Source of the DNA: Bryobacteraceae bacterium
GTDB lineage: Bacteria; Acidobacteriota; Terriglobia; Bryobacterales; Bryobacteraceae
Direction of reading: 5' to 3'
Length of the DNA stretch: 64,000 nt
Assembly (NCBI GenBank): GCA_035501755.1
Contig: DATJVN010000118.1
Location: 2,424 to 66,423 of the forward strand
The notes beneath the pieces are model-generated. The model ran no database searches. It was not told the origin of the DNA and worked only from the letters and a program-made list of their open reading frames with translations. This document shows positions 8,204-18,792 of the stretch, piece after piece. How positions within the stretch are numbered: position 1 is the stretch's first letter; each line of letters opens with the position of its first letter. The position numbers were made by a program, and so were the translations under genes.

Positions 8204-9136
8204 GTGCTCCCCCTCTTCACCCCCGACTTCGACCGCGACGGCCTCGCCGCACGTTTGCGCTCGCTCGCCGCGGAAAAAATCTGGATTGGCGCCAGCTCGT
8301 GGAAATATGAAGGCTGGCTTGGACAGATCTACTCCCGCGACCGTTATCTTTCACGCGGCAAATTTTCCGAAAAGCGCTTCAACGCGGAATGTCTGGCAGA
8401 ATACGCCGAAACATTCCCCGTGGTCTGCGGAGATTTTTCCTTTTATCAGTTCCCGTCGCCGGAGTTCTGGAAAAAATTGTTCGCTTCGGCGCCGGCTTCG
8501 TTGCGCTTCGCACTGAAGGTTCCCGAGGAAGTCACCTGCGAGACTTTCCCGAAGCAGCCGCGTTACGGATCGCGCGCCGGACAGCGGAACGAATCCTTCC
8601 TGAACTCCGACGCACTTCAGTCGTTGTTCCTCGATCCGCTCACCCCCTACGCCGCGCGCGTCTCGCCGCTGATCTTCGAATTCGGCGCGCGATCCACGCC
8701 GCCCATCGCGTTCATCGACCGTCTGGACGCCTTTTTCGACGCGCTCCCCGGAACCTTCCGCTACGCGGTCGAGATTCGCAACCGCGAATTTCTCGCCCCG
8801 CGGTATTTCGACTCGCTCCGCGCGCACTCGGTCGCGCACGTCTTCAATTCCTGGACGCGCATGCCGCCTCTGTCGCACCAGTTCGCCATCGAAGCCGCCT
8901 TCACCGCCGATTTCTCCGTCACGCGCGCGCTGCTTCGGCCAGGCCGCGCGTATGAAGACGCGGTCAAAATGTTTTCGCCTTACGATAAAATCCTCGACGA
9001 AAATCCGGAAGTCCGAGAGTCGCTGCGCGCGCTGATCCGCCGCATGCGCGAGGAACGCCGCGCCGCTTACATCTTCGTCAACAACCGCCTGGAAGGAAAC
9101 GCGCCGGAAACGATTCGCGCCGTCATCGCCGAATGA
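8204..9136 (+). CDS. DUF72 (UPF0759) family protein
   Basis: 310 aa with GTG start. WIGASSWKYEGWLGQIYS N-terminal block and overall TIM-barrel-like DUF72 pattern. ATGA overlap with hrpB. Confidence 0.8.
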   Translation: MLPLFTPDFDRDGLAARLRSLAAEKIWIGASSWKYEGWLGQIYSRDRYLSRGKFSEKRFNAECLAEYAETFPVVCGDFSFYQFPSPEFWKKLFASAPASLRFALKVPEEVTCETFPKQPRYGSRAGQRNESFLNSDALQSLFLDPLTPYAARVSPLIFEFGARSTPPIAFIDRLDAFFDALPGTFRYAVEIRNREFLAPRYFDSLRAHSVAHVFNSWTRMPPLSHQFAIEAAFTADFSVTRALLRPGRAYEDAVKMFSPYDKILDENPEVRESLRALIRRMREERRAAYIFVNNRLEGNAPETIRAVIAE

Positions 9137-11355
9137 AGCTGCCCATCGACGATCTTCTGCCGCAAATCCGCGCCGAATTGCGCCGCTCGAAGCGCCTGGT
9201 GATCGAAGCGCCGCCTGGCGCGGGTAAGACCACGCGCGTGCCTCCCGCGCTGCTCGAATTCGGCGGCGTGATCGTTCTCGAGCCGCGCCGCATCGCCGCG
9301 CGCATGGCCGCGCGCCGCGTCGCCTCCGAGCTTGGCGAGCGCGTCGGCGAAACCACCGGCTACCAGGTCCGTTTCGAAGACATGAGCGGACCCAAAACGC
9401 GTCTGCGATTTCTCACCGAAGGCGTCCTCACGCGGCGCCTGCTCTCCGACCCCGGGTTGCGCGGCGTCGCTACGGTGGTCCTGGACGAATTTCACGAGCG
9501 CCATCTCGACACCGATCTCGCGCTCGCGCTTTTGAAGCGCCGCGATCTGCGCTTGGTGGTCATGTCCGCCACGCTCGACTCCGCCCCCGTCGCGCGCTAC
9601 CTCGATGGCTGCGCCATCCTGCGCTCGGAAGGCCGGCTGCACCCTCTGCGCATCGACTACACCCCGCATTCCCCCGCGCCGCTTGAAGAGCAGGTCGCCG
9701 CCGCACTCGAGCGGCTGGTCAAGGAACGTCTGGATGGCGACGTGCTTGTCTTTCTTCCCGGCGCCGCCGAAATTCGCCGCGCTGCGCGCGCCGTGGAGCG
9801 TTTCGGCCTGCTCACGCTTCCGCTTCACGGCGATCTTTCGCCTGCCGAGCAGGATCGCGCCGTCGCGCCCGCCGATCGCCCCAAAGTGATTCTCTCCACC
9901 AATATCGCCGAAAGCTCCATCACCATCGAGGGCGTCACCGCGGTCATCGACAGCGGCCTCGCTCGCGTGGCCGTCGATTCGCCCTGGACCGGCCTTCCCT
10001 CGCTGAACGTTCAGCGCATCAGCCAGTCTTCGGCCGTGCAGCGCGCCGGCCGCGCCGGACGTCTGCGGCCCGGACGCGTCATCCGGCTTTATACCGCCGA
10101 CGATTTTCATCGGCGCCCGCTCTCCGATCCGCCCGAAATCCTGCGCCGCGAGCTTTCACACATCGTGCTGCAACTCCGCGCCATGAAAACCGATTCGCTC
10201 GATTGGCTCACGCCTCCGCCCAAAGCCTCGCTCGATGCCGCGACCGCGCTGCTCGACCGGATCGGCGCGACTCCGGAGATGGCCGCTTTGCCTGTTCCGC
10301 CGCGCCTCGCAAAGCTGCTCATCGAGGGCGCTCGTCGCGGCGTTCCTGCCAAAAGCTGCGCCATCGCCGCGGTTCTCAGCGCGGGCGAGCGTAGCTCCTC
10401 CGATCTGCTCACCCTCGCCGAATCCGACTGGCAGCCGCACACGCGCCGCATCTTCGACCAGCTTCGCCGCATCTTTCCCGGTCCCGACCGCGGCGCCGAC
10501 GCCGATGCCCTTCAGGCCGTGCTCGCCGCTTTTCCTGATCGCGTCGCGCGCCATCGCCGCTCCGGCGATCTGCTCATTTCCTCCGGCGGCTCCGCCCGGT
10601 TCCCCGATTGCCGCGCCGAATTTCTCATCGCCGTCGATATCGAAGAACGTCGCGACCGCGGCCTGCCGCTGGTCCGCCTCGCCGCGCCCATCGAGCCCGA
10701 ATGGCTGCTCGACCGCGCCTTCGAATCGACCGCGCTTGAATGGAATCGCGACGCCGAGCGCGTCGACCAGGTCACCGCCCTCATGTACGACCAGATCGTC
10801 ATCGAGGAAACGCGCTTTCCCGCGCCGCCCGGCCCGGACGCCGAGCGCATTCTTTTCGAACACGCGCTCGAATCCGGCATCGACCGCTTCATCGATCGCG
10901 AAGAGCTGGACCAGATCCGCTCCCGCGCGGCATTTGCCGGCATCGCCATCGACGAGTGCCGCGGGCTCACCGAGCTGTGCCGCGGAAAAACCTCTTTCCG
11001 CGAGATTGCCGGCCTCGCCGATGCTCTGCGCCCGCCCCATCTCGATCGCCTCGCGCCCGAACGCGTTCGTCTTCCCGGCGGCCGCGCCGTCAAAGTGCAT
11101 TATGAAGCCGGCAAGCCGCCCTGGATCGAATCGCGCTTGCAGGATTTTTTCGGCCTCTCCGAGACGCCGCGAGTGGCGAACACGCCGGTCGTGATCCATC
11201 TGCTCGCGCCCAATCGCCGGCCCGTCCAGGTCACCTCCGATCTCGCCGGATTCTGGCAGCGCCTCTATCCGCAGGTCCGCCGCGAGCTGGCGCGGCGCTA
11301 CCCCAAACACAAGTGGCCCGAGGATCCGCTGCGCGTCACTCCAGCCGCCGGTTGA
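9133..11355 (+). CDS. hrpB: ATP-dependent RNA helicase HrpB (DEAH box)
   Basis: N-terminus LPIDDLLPQIRAELRRSKRLVIEAPPGAGKTTRVP (Walker A), LDEFHERH (DEAH-type box), SATLD, TNIAESSITIEG, QRAGRAGR motifs and an HrpB-type C-terminal domain. Confidence 0.9.
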   Translation: MKLPIDDLLPQIRAELRRSKRLVIEAPPGAGKTTRVPPALLEFGGVIVLEPRRIAARMAARRVASELGERVGETTGYQVRFEDMSGPKTRLRFLTEGVLTRRLLSDPGLRGVATVVLDEFHERHLDTDLALALLKRRDLRLVVMSATLDSAPVARYLDGCAILRSEGRLHPLRIDYTPHSPAPLEEQVAAALERLVKERLDGDVLVFLPGAAEIRRAARAVERFGLLTLPLHGDLSPAEQDRAVAPADRPKVILSTNIAESSITIEGVTAVIDSGLARVAVDSPWTGLPSLNVQRISQSSAVQRAGRAGRLRPGRVIRLYTADDFHRRPLSDPPEILRRELSHIVLQLRAMKTDSLDWLTPPPKASLDAATALLDRIGATPEMAALPVPPRLAKLLIEGARRGVPAKSCAIAAVLSAGERSSSDLLTLAESDWQPHTRRIFDQLRRIFPGPDRGADADALQAVLAAFPDRVARHRRSGDLLISSGGSARFPDCRAEFLIAVDIEERRDRGLPLVRLAAPIEPEWLLDRAFESTALEWNRDAERVDQVTALMYDQIVIEETRFPAPPGPDAERILFEHALESGIDRFIDREELDQIRSRAAFAGIAIDECRGLTELCRGKTSFREIAGLADALRPPHLDRLAPERVRLPGGRAVKVHYEAGKPPWIESRLQDFFGLSETPRVANTPVVIHLLAPNRRPVQVTSDLAGFWQRLYPQVRRELARRYPKHKWPEDPLRVTPAAG

Positions 11356-12217
11356 CCGCCAGCGCCACAATCGCCACCAGGCTCACGCCCATGCCCGCCG
11401 CCGCGTCGGCCGCGTAGTGATAGCGGCCGTATACCGTCGCGATCGCCACCAGGACGCCGTAAGTGGCCATCCCGATGGCGAACCGCGGGCGGTCCGGAAT
11501 CGACGCCGCCAGTCCCCACGCGGCTGAAAACGTCGAGGAAACGTGTGCGCTCGGAAATACGCTCGAGTGGATCGCGTATCCGCCCAAAATCCACAGATTG
11601 AAGGTGCGAAAAATGGTGACCACGTGCGGAAGATCGAAACGCGGGAAAATGATGCGCGGCGGCTCGGACAGAAAAAACGGAAAGAGCGCGTAGGCGGCCA
11701 ACGTCCCCGCCAGGTACGCAACCCAGAACCGGTTGATCGAGGCGCGCCGATGGTTCAGAAACACGATCGCGACGCTCACCGCCGCCACCGCGTACACCAG
11801 CATGTAGCTCACCTCCAGCAGCGACGGCAGCACCGGCCCGGCGGACTCGATCGCGGCGCGCAGATGAACCGAATCGAGCAGGCGCCGGTCCCACCCGATC
11901 CACACTCGCTCCAGATGATTGTCGCGCGAGGTCGGAGTGAACCAATCCATCTCGCGATACGCCGCCAGCGCGAACGCCATCGGAAAAATGTCGCGCAGCA
12001 CCGACTTCGACCGCGCCAGCACGATGACGACGGTGGCGACCACCCCCGCGAATATCCACGCCTTCGCTGGTGGAAAATAAAATCCCGCCAGCACCGCGAC
12101 ATAAACGAAATATACAATGACGAGCCACTCGGAGGAGCGCAGGCGGGGCACCTGCCCATTGTCGCGTAAAATGTTTGTTCCGCCAGGTGACCATCTCGCG
12201 GACCGATCGTCTATCAT
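11336..12217 (-). CDS. PAP2 superfamily phosphatase, integral membrane
   Basis: Multiple TM segments. PAP2 motifs FPSAHVSSTFSAAWG and YGRYHYAADAAAGMG. Start uncertain: Met at 12217 chosen so it does not overlap the divergent permease start at 12238. A downstream non-ATG start is possible. Confidence 0.7.
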   Translation of the reverse strand: MIDDRSARWSPGGTNILRDNGQVPRLRSSEWLVIVYFVYVAVLAGFYFPPAKAWIFAGVVATVVIVLARSKSVLRDIFPMAFALAAYREMDWFTPTSRDNHLERVWIGWDRRLLDSVHLRAAIESAGPVLPSLLEVSYMLVYAVAAVSVAIVFLNHRRASINRFWVAYLAGTLAAYALFPFFLSEPPRIIFPRFDLPHVVTIFRTFNLWILGGYAIHSSVFPSAHVSSTFSAAWGLAASIPDRPRFAIGMATYGVLVAIATVYGRYHYAADAAAGMGVSLVAIVALAVNRRLE

Positions 12218-12237
12218 GGGCGAAAACGAGGTGAGGG

Positions 12238-14697
12238 ATGGCTTTTCTCCATTCGATCCGCTTCGCATTGCGTTCGCTTGCACGCACCAAGGGGCTGGCG
12301 ATCGCCGTGGTGCTCACGCTCGCGCTCGGCGTCGGCGCCAACGCGGCGATCTTCGCGCTGGTGCGCGGCGTGCTCCTGCGTCCGCTGGTCAATCGCGACG
12401 AAAACCGGCTCATCTACATCCGCCAAAGCGCGCTCGGCATCGGCGTTGAGAACGCCACTTTCTCTGTCCCCGAGATCCAGGACCTGCGCTCCAGCGTCAA
12501 AACCATCGGCGAGTTCGGCGATTTCTCCACCATCGGCTTCGAAATGGTCGGACTCGGCGAGCCGCGCGAGGTGCGCGCTGGCGTGGTGGGAGGGTCGTAT
12601 TTCGAGGTTATGGGTCTCCGCCCCGTGCTCGGACGCCTGCTCGATGCGCGCGACGATGGCCCGCAAGCCGCCGGCGCCATTGTCCTGACCTACCGATTCT
12701 GGAAATCAGCGCTCCAGGGCGACCCCTCGGTGATCGGCAAGACCGTGCGCGTCGAGAGTTTTGGGCCGGCGCGCGTCGCGACCGTCGTTGGCGTGCTGGA
12801 GCCCTCGGTTCCCTATCCCGCCGACACCGAGATTATCGCCAACGTAGTCACCAGCCCGCATCATCTTTCCGCGACCATGGTCACCGGCCGCGTCCATCGC
12901 ATGACCGAATTGTTCGGACGTCTCGCGCCCGGCGCGACGCTCGGGCAGGCCCGCGCCGAGCTCGAAGCAGCCCATGGCGCGATCCTGAAGGAGCATCCCG
13001 AAGCTTACTCGCCCGGCGCCCATTTCCATATCGAGGCACGCCGGCTGCGCGACCAGATCACCTCGCGCGCGAAAACCATCCTATGGGTGCTCATGGGCGC
13101 GTCGCTGCTGGTGTTCGTGATCGCCTGCTCCAACGTCGCCAACCTGATTCTCGCCCGTACGATGCGCCGCGAAGCCGAGCTTTCGATCCGCGCCGCGCTG
13201 GGCGCGAGCGCCGCCACGCTGCGTCGGACGCTGCTCGCCGAAAGCCTGCTGCTGTGTGGCGCGGGCGCGGCGCTCGGGGTTCTCAGCGCGCGACCGATGG
13301 TCGCCATGCTGGCGCGCTATGCCTCGCGATTCTCCGTCCGCGCTCTCGACCTCACGGTGGATTCCAGCATGCTGTGGGTCGGCGCCGCGCTTGCGGTGGT
13401 CGCGGCATTTCTGCTCGCCTACGTGCCGCGGCTCCCTTCGGCCGATTCCTCCAACGGCTACGGCCTCTCGACCAGCGGAATCCGCGCCACTGGAACCGCC
13501 ACACGGCGTCAACGCATCTTCGCGATCACCCAGATCGCTGCGTCCTTCGTCCTGCTGGCCGGCGCCGCCATGCTCATCAACACACTGCTGACGCTTCAGG
13601 CTGCCCAATCCGGCTTCGATCTCGATCACGTCCTGGCTGTGAACGTGCCCCCGATGTCGTACGGCCGCACGCCCGAGCAGGTGAGCGCGTTCTATAAGGA
13701 AGCCGTGCGCCGCATTGCTGAGCTGCCGGGCGTGGAGCGCGTCGCAATGGGCACCGTGGTCCCCTGGCGCGACGCCGGAAACTATCCGGAGTTCGAGTTT
13801 TCCCCCGACGGCCACGTGCCGGCGCGGGGCGAGGAGAATCCTCGCGCGCGTTTCCGCTCAGTCTCGCCCGGCTTCTTTGCCGCGTTGGGCGTCCCGCTGC
13901 TCGAAGGCCGCGACTTCACCGATGCCGACCGCAAAGGCTCCGAGATGGTGGTGATCGTCAGCCAGACCCTCGCCCAACGCATGTTCCCCCGCCGGGACGC
14001 GCTCAATCGCCGCATCCTGTGGACCGATCCGGTCATGAAATTTATCGACGTCAGCGCGGCGCCGCGCCGCATCGTCGGCGTGGTCGCCGACATGGACGAC
14101 GAGCGCGTCTCCCCCGGTCCAGCAATGACGATCTATCATCCCGTCGAGCAGGAAATGGGTGGTGGCCGGCTGTTCGTCCACGCCGGTTCGAACCCCTACG
14201 CGCTGGTCTCGCCGGTCACCCGCATCATTCGCGGAATGTCGGCCGACCAGGTGGTGGAGCGCGCCGCGACGCTGGCCGATATTCGCGCCGAGGTCCTGAC
14301 CCCCGACCGCCTGAACGCGATCGTGTTCGGTGGATTTGCTGCAGTCGCCCTGGCGATCGCCGTGGTCGGCGTCGCGGGCGTCCTCGCGTTTTCGGTCAGT
14401 GGGCGAACGCGCGAGTTCGGAATCCGCCTCGCCGTCGGATCCCAGCCTCGCCAGCTTTTGGCGGGCGTGGTCGCCGAGGGCGCGGCCATCACGCTCACCG
14501 GGATCGCCGCCGGAGCGCTGTGCGGATTTGCCCTGGCGCAGCTCGCCTCGCGCTATGTCCGCGATCTGCGCATGCCCGGCGCGATCGCGGTTACCGCTTC
14601 GGCCGGCGTGCTCCTGGCTGCCGCGATGATCGCGTCAGTGCTTCCCGCCGCCCGCGCCGCACGTGTTGACGTGATGCAGGCGCTGCGCGCCGAGTGA
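12238..14697 (+). CDS. ADOP family duplicated permease (MacB/FtsX-like ABC permease, no adjacent ATPase)
   Basis: 819 aa. N-terminus MAFLHSIRFALRSLARTKGLAIAVVLTLALGVGANAAIFALVRGVLLRPL is typical of acidobacterial duplicated orphan permeases. Two FtsX-like 4-TM modules separated by periplasmic MacB-like domains. SD GGTGAGGG precedes the ATG. Confidence 0.85.
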   Translation: MAFLHSIRFALRSLARTKGLAIAVVLTLALGVGANAAIFALVRGVLLRPLVNRDENRLIYIRQSALGIGVENATFSVPEIQDLRSSVKTIGEFGDFSTIGFEMVGLGEPREVRAGVVGGSYFEVMGLRPVLGRLLDARDDGPQAAGAIVLTYRFWKSALQGDPSVIGKTVRVESFGPARVATVVGVLEPSVPYPADTEIIANVVTSPHHLSATMVTGRVHRMTELFGRLAPGATLGQARAELEAAHGAILKEHPEAYSPGAHFHIEARRLRDQITSRAKTILWVLMGASLLVFVIACSNVANLILARTMRREAELSIRAALGASAATLRRTLLAESLLLCGAGAALGVLSARPMVAMLARYASRFSVRALDLTVDSSMLWVGAALAVVAAFLLAYVPRLPSADSSNGYGLSTSGIRATGTATRRQRIFAITQIAASFVLLAGAAMLINTLLTLQAAQSGFDLDHVLAVNVPPMSYGRTPEQVSAFYKEAVRRIAELPGVERVAMGTVVPWRDAGNYPEFEFSPDGHVPARGEENPRARFRSVSPGFFAALGVPLLEGRDFTDADRKGSEMVVIVSQTLAQRMFPRRDALNRRILWTDPVMKFIDVSAAPRRIVGVVADMDDERVSPGPAMTIYHPVEQEMGGGRLFVHAGSNPYALVSPVTRIIRGMSADQVVERAATLADIRAEVLTPDRLNAIVFGGFAAVALAIAVVGVAGVLAFSVSGRTREFGIRLAVGSQPRQLLAGVVAEGAAITLTGIAAGALCGFALAQLASRYVRDLRMPGAIAVTASAGVLLAAAMIASVLPAARAARVDVMQALRAE

Positions 14698-14784
14698 CCG
14701 TCAAAAGAACCGATGAGCCGGCACACGCTTCAGCGTGCCGCGTCGGCACCCTCGAAAACAGCGCCAGCTTGTGGACAGCTGGGT

Positions 14785-14833
14785 TTTGCCGGCTGTCTTC
14801 GTCTGAACTTTGAACGACCAGACAGCCGGCAAA
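14785..14833. terminator. Hairpin between convergent genes (14-bp stem)
   Basis: TTTGCCGGCTGTCT (14785-14798) pairs perfectly with AGACAGCCGGCAAA (14820-14833), with a 21-nt loop. No free U-tract on either strand, so intrinsic-terminator function is uncertain. Confidence 0.35.
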
Positions 14834-14905
14834 GACCGACCGGCTGTCCCGCAGCTGCGACGCTCTTTCATGCATTTCGTGTCCACCAGCAGGATATGGA
14901 AACGC

Positions 14906-16573
14906 TCATTGCTCATGCGCCATGGCTCCCTGTGCAGACGGAAGGGTGAAGTAGAACGTCGCACCCTGATCTTTTTGCGACTCGACCCAGATCCGCCCGC
15001 CATAGCGATCGACCACGCGCTGGCAGATGGCCAGACCGATCCCTGTGCCTGGAATTGAGGGGCCGTGTAGCCGTTTGAACACGCCAAAAATGTGCTGATG
15101 GAACTCCGGTTCGATGCCGATCCCGTTGTCCGCTACAGCCACGCGCCACCCGTGGTCCTCGTTGATTGCGCAAACATGGATGTGAAGCGGCTGGTGGCTG
15201 CGATATTTGATCGCGTTGCTCAGCAGATTTTGGAACAGCTCGATAAAGTGCGGCTCGTGCCCTTGAAGCGTCGGCAATGAATCGCTGACGATCGTTGCAT
15301 GGCATTCTTCAATGTCGGAAAGGCAGTTCTCCACCGCCTTGCGAAACGCGGCGTTGAGATCGGCGACCGTCGAAGCTTCGGGCTCGCCATCCCCAATCAA
15401 TCGCGCATAGGCCAGGAGGCCGGTCAGGAGCTGTTGCATCCGGTTCGTACCTTCGGTGATAAAACGGACACAGGTGGATGCCTCCTCGTCGAGGGGATTC
15501 ATGTAACCCCTGACCAGGAGCTGCGAGTACATCGCGATCATTCGCAGCGGCTCCCGCAGATCATGACTGGCCGCAAATACGAAGTGCTTCAGATCCTGAT
15601 TGGCGCGCGCGAGGTGCAGATTGGCTTTTCGCAGGTGCTGCTTTTGCTGTATGTACTCGGTGATGTCCGTGACCACTGCGATCCACCCGTCAACGCGCTG
15701 GTCGTGAGCGCGTGTGGGGACGTAAACGGCGTTGATCCACCGGCTGCCGGCGCTGAGAAAATGCACTTGCTTTGTGTAATCGACCTTCTCGCCCGCAAGC
15801 ACCCGCTCCATGTAAGGTCGAATCTCCTCGAATCCCTGTGCGCCGATCACGTCCAGAATGGAGCGCCCCTCGATTTCCTCCTTTGGCCGCTGGAGCCAAC
15901 CCGCATAGGCTTGGCTCACCCAGACGTAGCGCAGATCGCGACTGCAGCGGGTTACGGCGGCAGCCATATTCTCCGTGATCATTTCGAGCTGCTGTTTCGC
16001 GCCGAGAAGCTCTTCCTTCGCGTCAACCCGTTCGATCAAGTCCGCGGCCTGTGCAGCAAGCAGGCTGACCAGCCGCAGATCGCGCTCATTCCGGCGAGTG
16101 GGCGTTCTGAAATGCGTCGAAAACATTCCGAGCAGGCGGCCGCCGCGCGTGATGATCGGCGTTGACTGAACCGCGCGGGCGCCGGCTCTGAGCATGACCC
16201 CTAAGGCCGGCGTTCCCCTGAAAATCGGGCTTTGCTCCACATCTTCGACAAACACCTGTTGGCGGTTGTGCATCGCCGCTCCGCAGGCGCCCTCCTCGCC
16301 GGTGACGTGATCGAAAAAGTCGAGGAAATCCTCGGAAAAGCCGTGCTGGCACGCGATCCGCAACGCTCCGTTGCCGTCGAGGAGCTGAACATTGCCCATA
16401 TCGGCATGCATGATCGCCTCCGCCACGGTGAGAGTTTCATCCAGCAAGGCGTGCACGTGCGTGGTTTGGAGCACGCGCGTGGCAAATTCATGAAGGCGAT
16501 TCAAGCCCGCTATCTCGTCAGCAAGTTGTTGTTCTCGCTCGGGCTCGGGTTGATTTGACCGCATCGGCTCCAT
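14906..16573 (-). CDS. Sensor histidine kinase with GAF and PAS domains
   Basis: N-terminal GAF-like region, central PAS, HisKA box FVFAASHDLREPLR, and HATPase_c motifs (NLLSNAIKY, DNGIGI, GTGIGLAIC). Confidence 0.85.
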   Translation of the reverse strand: MEPMRSNQPEPEREQQLADEIAGLNRLHEFATRVLQTTHVHALLDETLTVAEAIMHADMGNVQLLDGNGALRIACQHGFSEDFLDFFDHVTGEEGACGAAMHNRQQVFVEDVEQSPIFRGTPALGVMLRAGARAVQSTPIITRGGRLLGMFSTHFRTPTRRNERDLRLVSLLAAQAADLIERVDAKEELLGAKQQLEMITENMAAAVTRCSRDLRYVWVSQAYAGWLQRPKEEIEGRSILDVIGAQGFEEIRPYMERVLAGEKVDYTKQVHFLSAGSRWINAVYVPTRAHDQRVDGWIAVVTDITEYIQQKQHLRKANLHLARANQDLKHFVFAASHDLREPLRMIAMYSQLLVRGYMNPLDEEASTCVRFITEGTNRMQQLLTGLLAYARLIGDGEPEASTVADLNAAFRKAVENCLSDIEECHATIVSDSLPTLQGHEPHFIELFQNLLSNAIKYRSHQPLHIHVCAINEDHGWRVAVADNGIGIEPEFHQHIFGVFKRLHGPSIPGTGIGLAICQRVVDRYGGRIWVESQKDQGATFYFTLPSAQGAMAHEQ

Positions 16574-16654
16574 CGAATTCTTCCCATTTTTCCGTCAGAC
16601 AAACGCTCGCAGGATGTTACCAAAAACGAGAGGCCGCAAACCAGGGCCCGATTG

Positions 16655-17731
16655 CTAACGCCGCGCGCGCCAACGCTTCCAGTCCTGCTCGACTGACTTC
16701 ACCATGGCCAACGCAGCCTGTTGCAACCAGTTCGCGCGGCGCGTGCGCAGGTCCGCTTCAAGCGACCGCGCTTCTCGCGTGCCCAGGTGCACGTTGGCCG
16801 TCTCGAATCCCATCGCATGCAGCAGCCGCGCGGCGTCGTGTTTGGTGGGAAGCGACGCCATCTCGACGCGCGAACAATCCGGCGCCAGCCTCCGCACGAT
16901 CCACTGCCCGCGCAGCTTCACGAAGGGGTCGGGACAGCGCCGTGAACGATCGAGCGCCTCCTGGTAGTGAATCTCGCTGCGCCGGCTGCGCCGCGGATGC
17001 GCGAAATACCAGGCCGAGTCGGTCAGCTCCTTGGCTTCGCGCGCGATACTGCCGTGCCAGTCCGCCAGCGCGACGAAGCGCCGCCGCCCCAGGCTGCCGA
17101 GGCCGCTCACGCGGTGCGCCAGGCGGTATTTCAAATCGCGATCCGGAAGCATTCGCCGCAGCGCCTTTTCCGCGCTCCCCGGAACGCGGCCCTTCCAGGT
17201 GCGCAGGGCCTTCATCTTGTCCCAGAACGCTTCGGGCATCTTCAGACGCTCCACGGCCATTTGTCGCAGCGCGGGGTGATGCTCGGCCAGGACGAAAGCT
17301 TTGCCTCCACAGGAGAGCCCGTCGCGATAGCCCGCAAGAATCGCGCGCGAGGCACGCTCCGGCGTGATGTCCAGATGATCCCCCGCAATGGCCAGGTGCG
17401 CGCTGGCCGCCAGGCGCACCAAATCGATTGTGTACGGCATCCAGCAGGCCTCGTCGAAATCGTTGATACCCCAGATCAGCCGTCCTTCCATGTCGCGCCA
17501 GGTCCCGAAATTCTCCACGTGCAGATCGCCCACCGCGAGCGTCAGGGGAGCCGCGGCCGATTCCGGCGCGTCCTGCTGCCAGGTCTGCGCCCATCGATAA
17601 AACGTCGCGCGCAGAAACGGAAACGGCCCGTCCGACATCAGCGCGTGCTTGCGCTCCAGGTCGGCGCGGATCAGCGGAATCCGCTCGCCCAGCCAGGCTT
17701 CATATTTTTCGGTCGAAGTGATGATATCCAT
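16655..17731 (-). CDS. DUF2252 family protein
   Basis: 358 aa with FPFLRATFYRW and VGDLHVENFGTW blocks characteristic of DUF2252. Confidence 0.75.
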   Translation of the reverse strand: MDIITSTEKYEAWLGERIPLIRADLERKHALMSDGPFPFLRATFYRWAQTWQQDAPESAAAPLTLAVGDLHVENFGTWRDMEGRLIWGINDFDEACWMPYTIDLVRLAASAHLAIAGDHLDITPERASRAILAGYRDGLSCGGKAFVLAEHHPALRQMAVERLKMPEAFWDKMKALRTWKGRVPGSAEKALRRMLPDRDLKYRLAHRVSGLGSLGRRRFVALADWHGSIAREAKELTDSAWYFAHPRRSRRSEIHYQEALDRSRRCPDPFVKLRGQWIVRRLAPDCSRVEMASLPTKHDAARLLHAMGFETANVHLGTREARSLEADLRTRRANWLQQAALAMVKSVEQDWKRWRARR

Positions 17732-17772
17732 TCATCAAGCCGAAATTCTATGAACGCTATACTAACGCTTTC

Positions 17773-18792
17773 ATGAGATTTCTGCCGCTCCTGTTCGCCG
17801 TCTCCGCTGCGCTCGCCCAGCCCCAGCTCGATTTTCTTAATCACGGCCGCCCCGTGCTCGATGCGCACAACTGCTATCCCTACGATGGCCGTTGGGCAGA
17901 CCGCATCGACCGCGCCCTTGCCTCCGGTTTCCCCGTGTCCATCGAGCAGGATATCGCCTGGGCTAATGGACGGCCCGTAGTCACCCACACCTCGAAGACC
18001 ACCGGCGCGGAGCCCACGCTGCGCGAATATTTTTTCGAACGCGTGCGCCCCATCGTGGAACAAGCCCTGAAGAAAAACGATCGCGCGAGCTGGCCCATCC
18101 TCATCCTGCACTTCGATTTCAAATCGCTCGAACCCGAAACCCTTCGCGGAGTCTGGCAACTGCTCGGCGAGTACGAATCCTGGATCACCACGGCGCCGCA
18201 GACGTCCGATCCGCATGTTGTGGCGCCGCTCGACCGCAAACCAATCCTGGCGATCACCGAAGACGCCGACATCCAGGAGCAAATCTTCTTTCGCGATCTG
18301 AAGCCCGGCGAGCGCCTGCGCGTTTTCGGCTCGGCGCAAACCGGCGCGATCGAGGCGAAATCACGGGAAGAGCGCGCACACCTGCTCGCCACGCTTCCGC
18401 CCGAAAGACTGCTCCCGGATCCTCCCACCAACTTCCGCCGGTGGTGGAACAACTCCTGGTTCGAGGTCGAGGAAGGCGGCCAGACCAGGGCCGGTGACTG
18501 GACTCCGGCCGACGGCGCGCGCCTCGGCGCCCTGGTCGCCCGCGCGCATCGCCTGGGATACTGGATTCGCTTCTACACGCTAGACGGCTTCAGCGAATCG
18601 GAAAATCGCGGTTGGGATCAGGGCTACAATTTCGGGTCGCTCGATGCCGTGAAGCTGCGCTGGAATGCCGCGCTCGATGCCGGCGTCGATTTCATCGCCA
18701 CCGATCAGTATGAGGACCTGGCCGCGCTGATACGCTCACGCGCGCGTCAGCACGTAGCCGCGGACCATCCACGCCACCAGCGCGACAAATAG
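17773..18792 (+). CDS. Secreted PLC-like phosphodiesterase (PI-PLC X / GDPD superfamily), tentative
   Basis: Signal peptide MRFLPLLFAVSAALAQP. Early DAHNCYPY (AHN.Y-type catalytic His region) and C-terminal GVDFIATDQYEDL resemble TIM-barrel phosphodiesterases. Confidence 0.5.
   Translation: MRFLPLLFAVSAALAQPQLDFLNHGRPVLDAHNCYPYDGRWADRIDRALASGFPVSIEQDIAWANGRPVVTHTSKTTGAEPTLREYFFERVRPIVEQALKKNDRASWPILILHFDFKSLEPETLRGVWQLLGEYESWITTAPQTSDPHVVAPLDRKPILAITEDADIQEQIFFRDLKPGERLRVFGSAQTGAIEAKSREERAHLLATLPPERLLPDPPTNFRRWWNNSWFEVEEGGQTRAGDWTPADGARLGALVARAHRLGYWIRFYTLDGFSESENRGWDQGYNFGSLDAVKLRWNAALDAGVDFIATDQYEDLAALIRSRARQHVAADHPRHQRDK

Noticed and set aside
8098-8220. N-terminal 41 codons (MKRGSTQFVVRGPWFVVRGSRF...) of track ORF 7714..8220
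   Set aside because: This segment is the translation of the heptamer-repeat right arm of the cassette. The family-conserved sequence begins after Met42.
14185-14196. GGTTCGAACCCC, resembling a tRNA T-loop
   Set aside because: It lies inside the ADOP permease coding frame (HAGSNPYAL). There is no complementary T-stem, acceptor stem or anticodon arm around it.
16346-16361. TGGCACG-CGAT-CCGCA with sigma-54-like spacing
   Set aside because: It is located in the middle of the GAF/PAS kinase gene on the antisense strand with no downstream gene to serve. Most likely a chance occurrence in GC-rich DNA.
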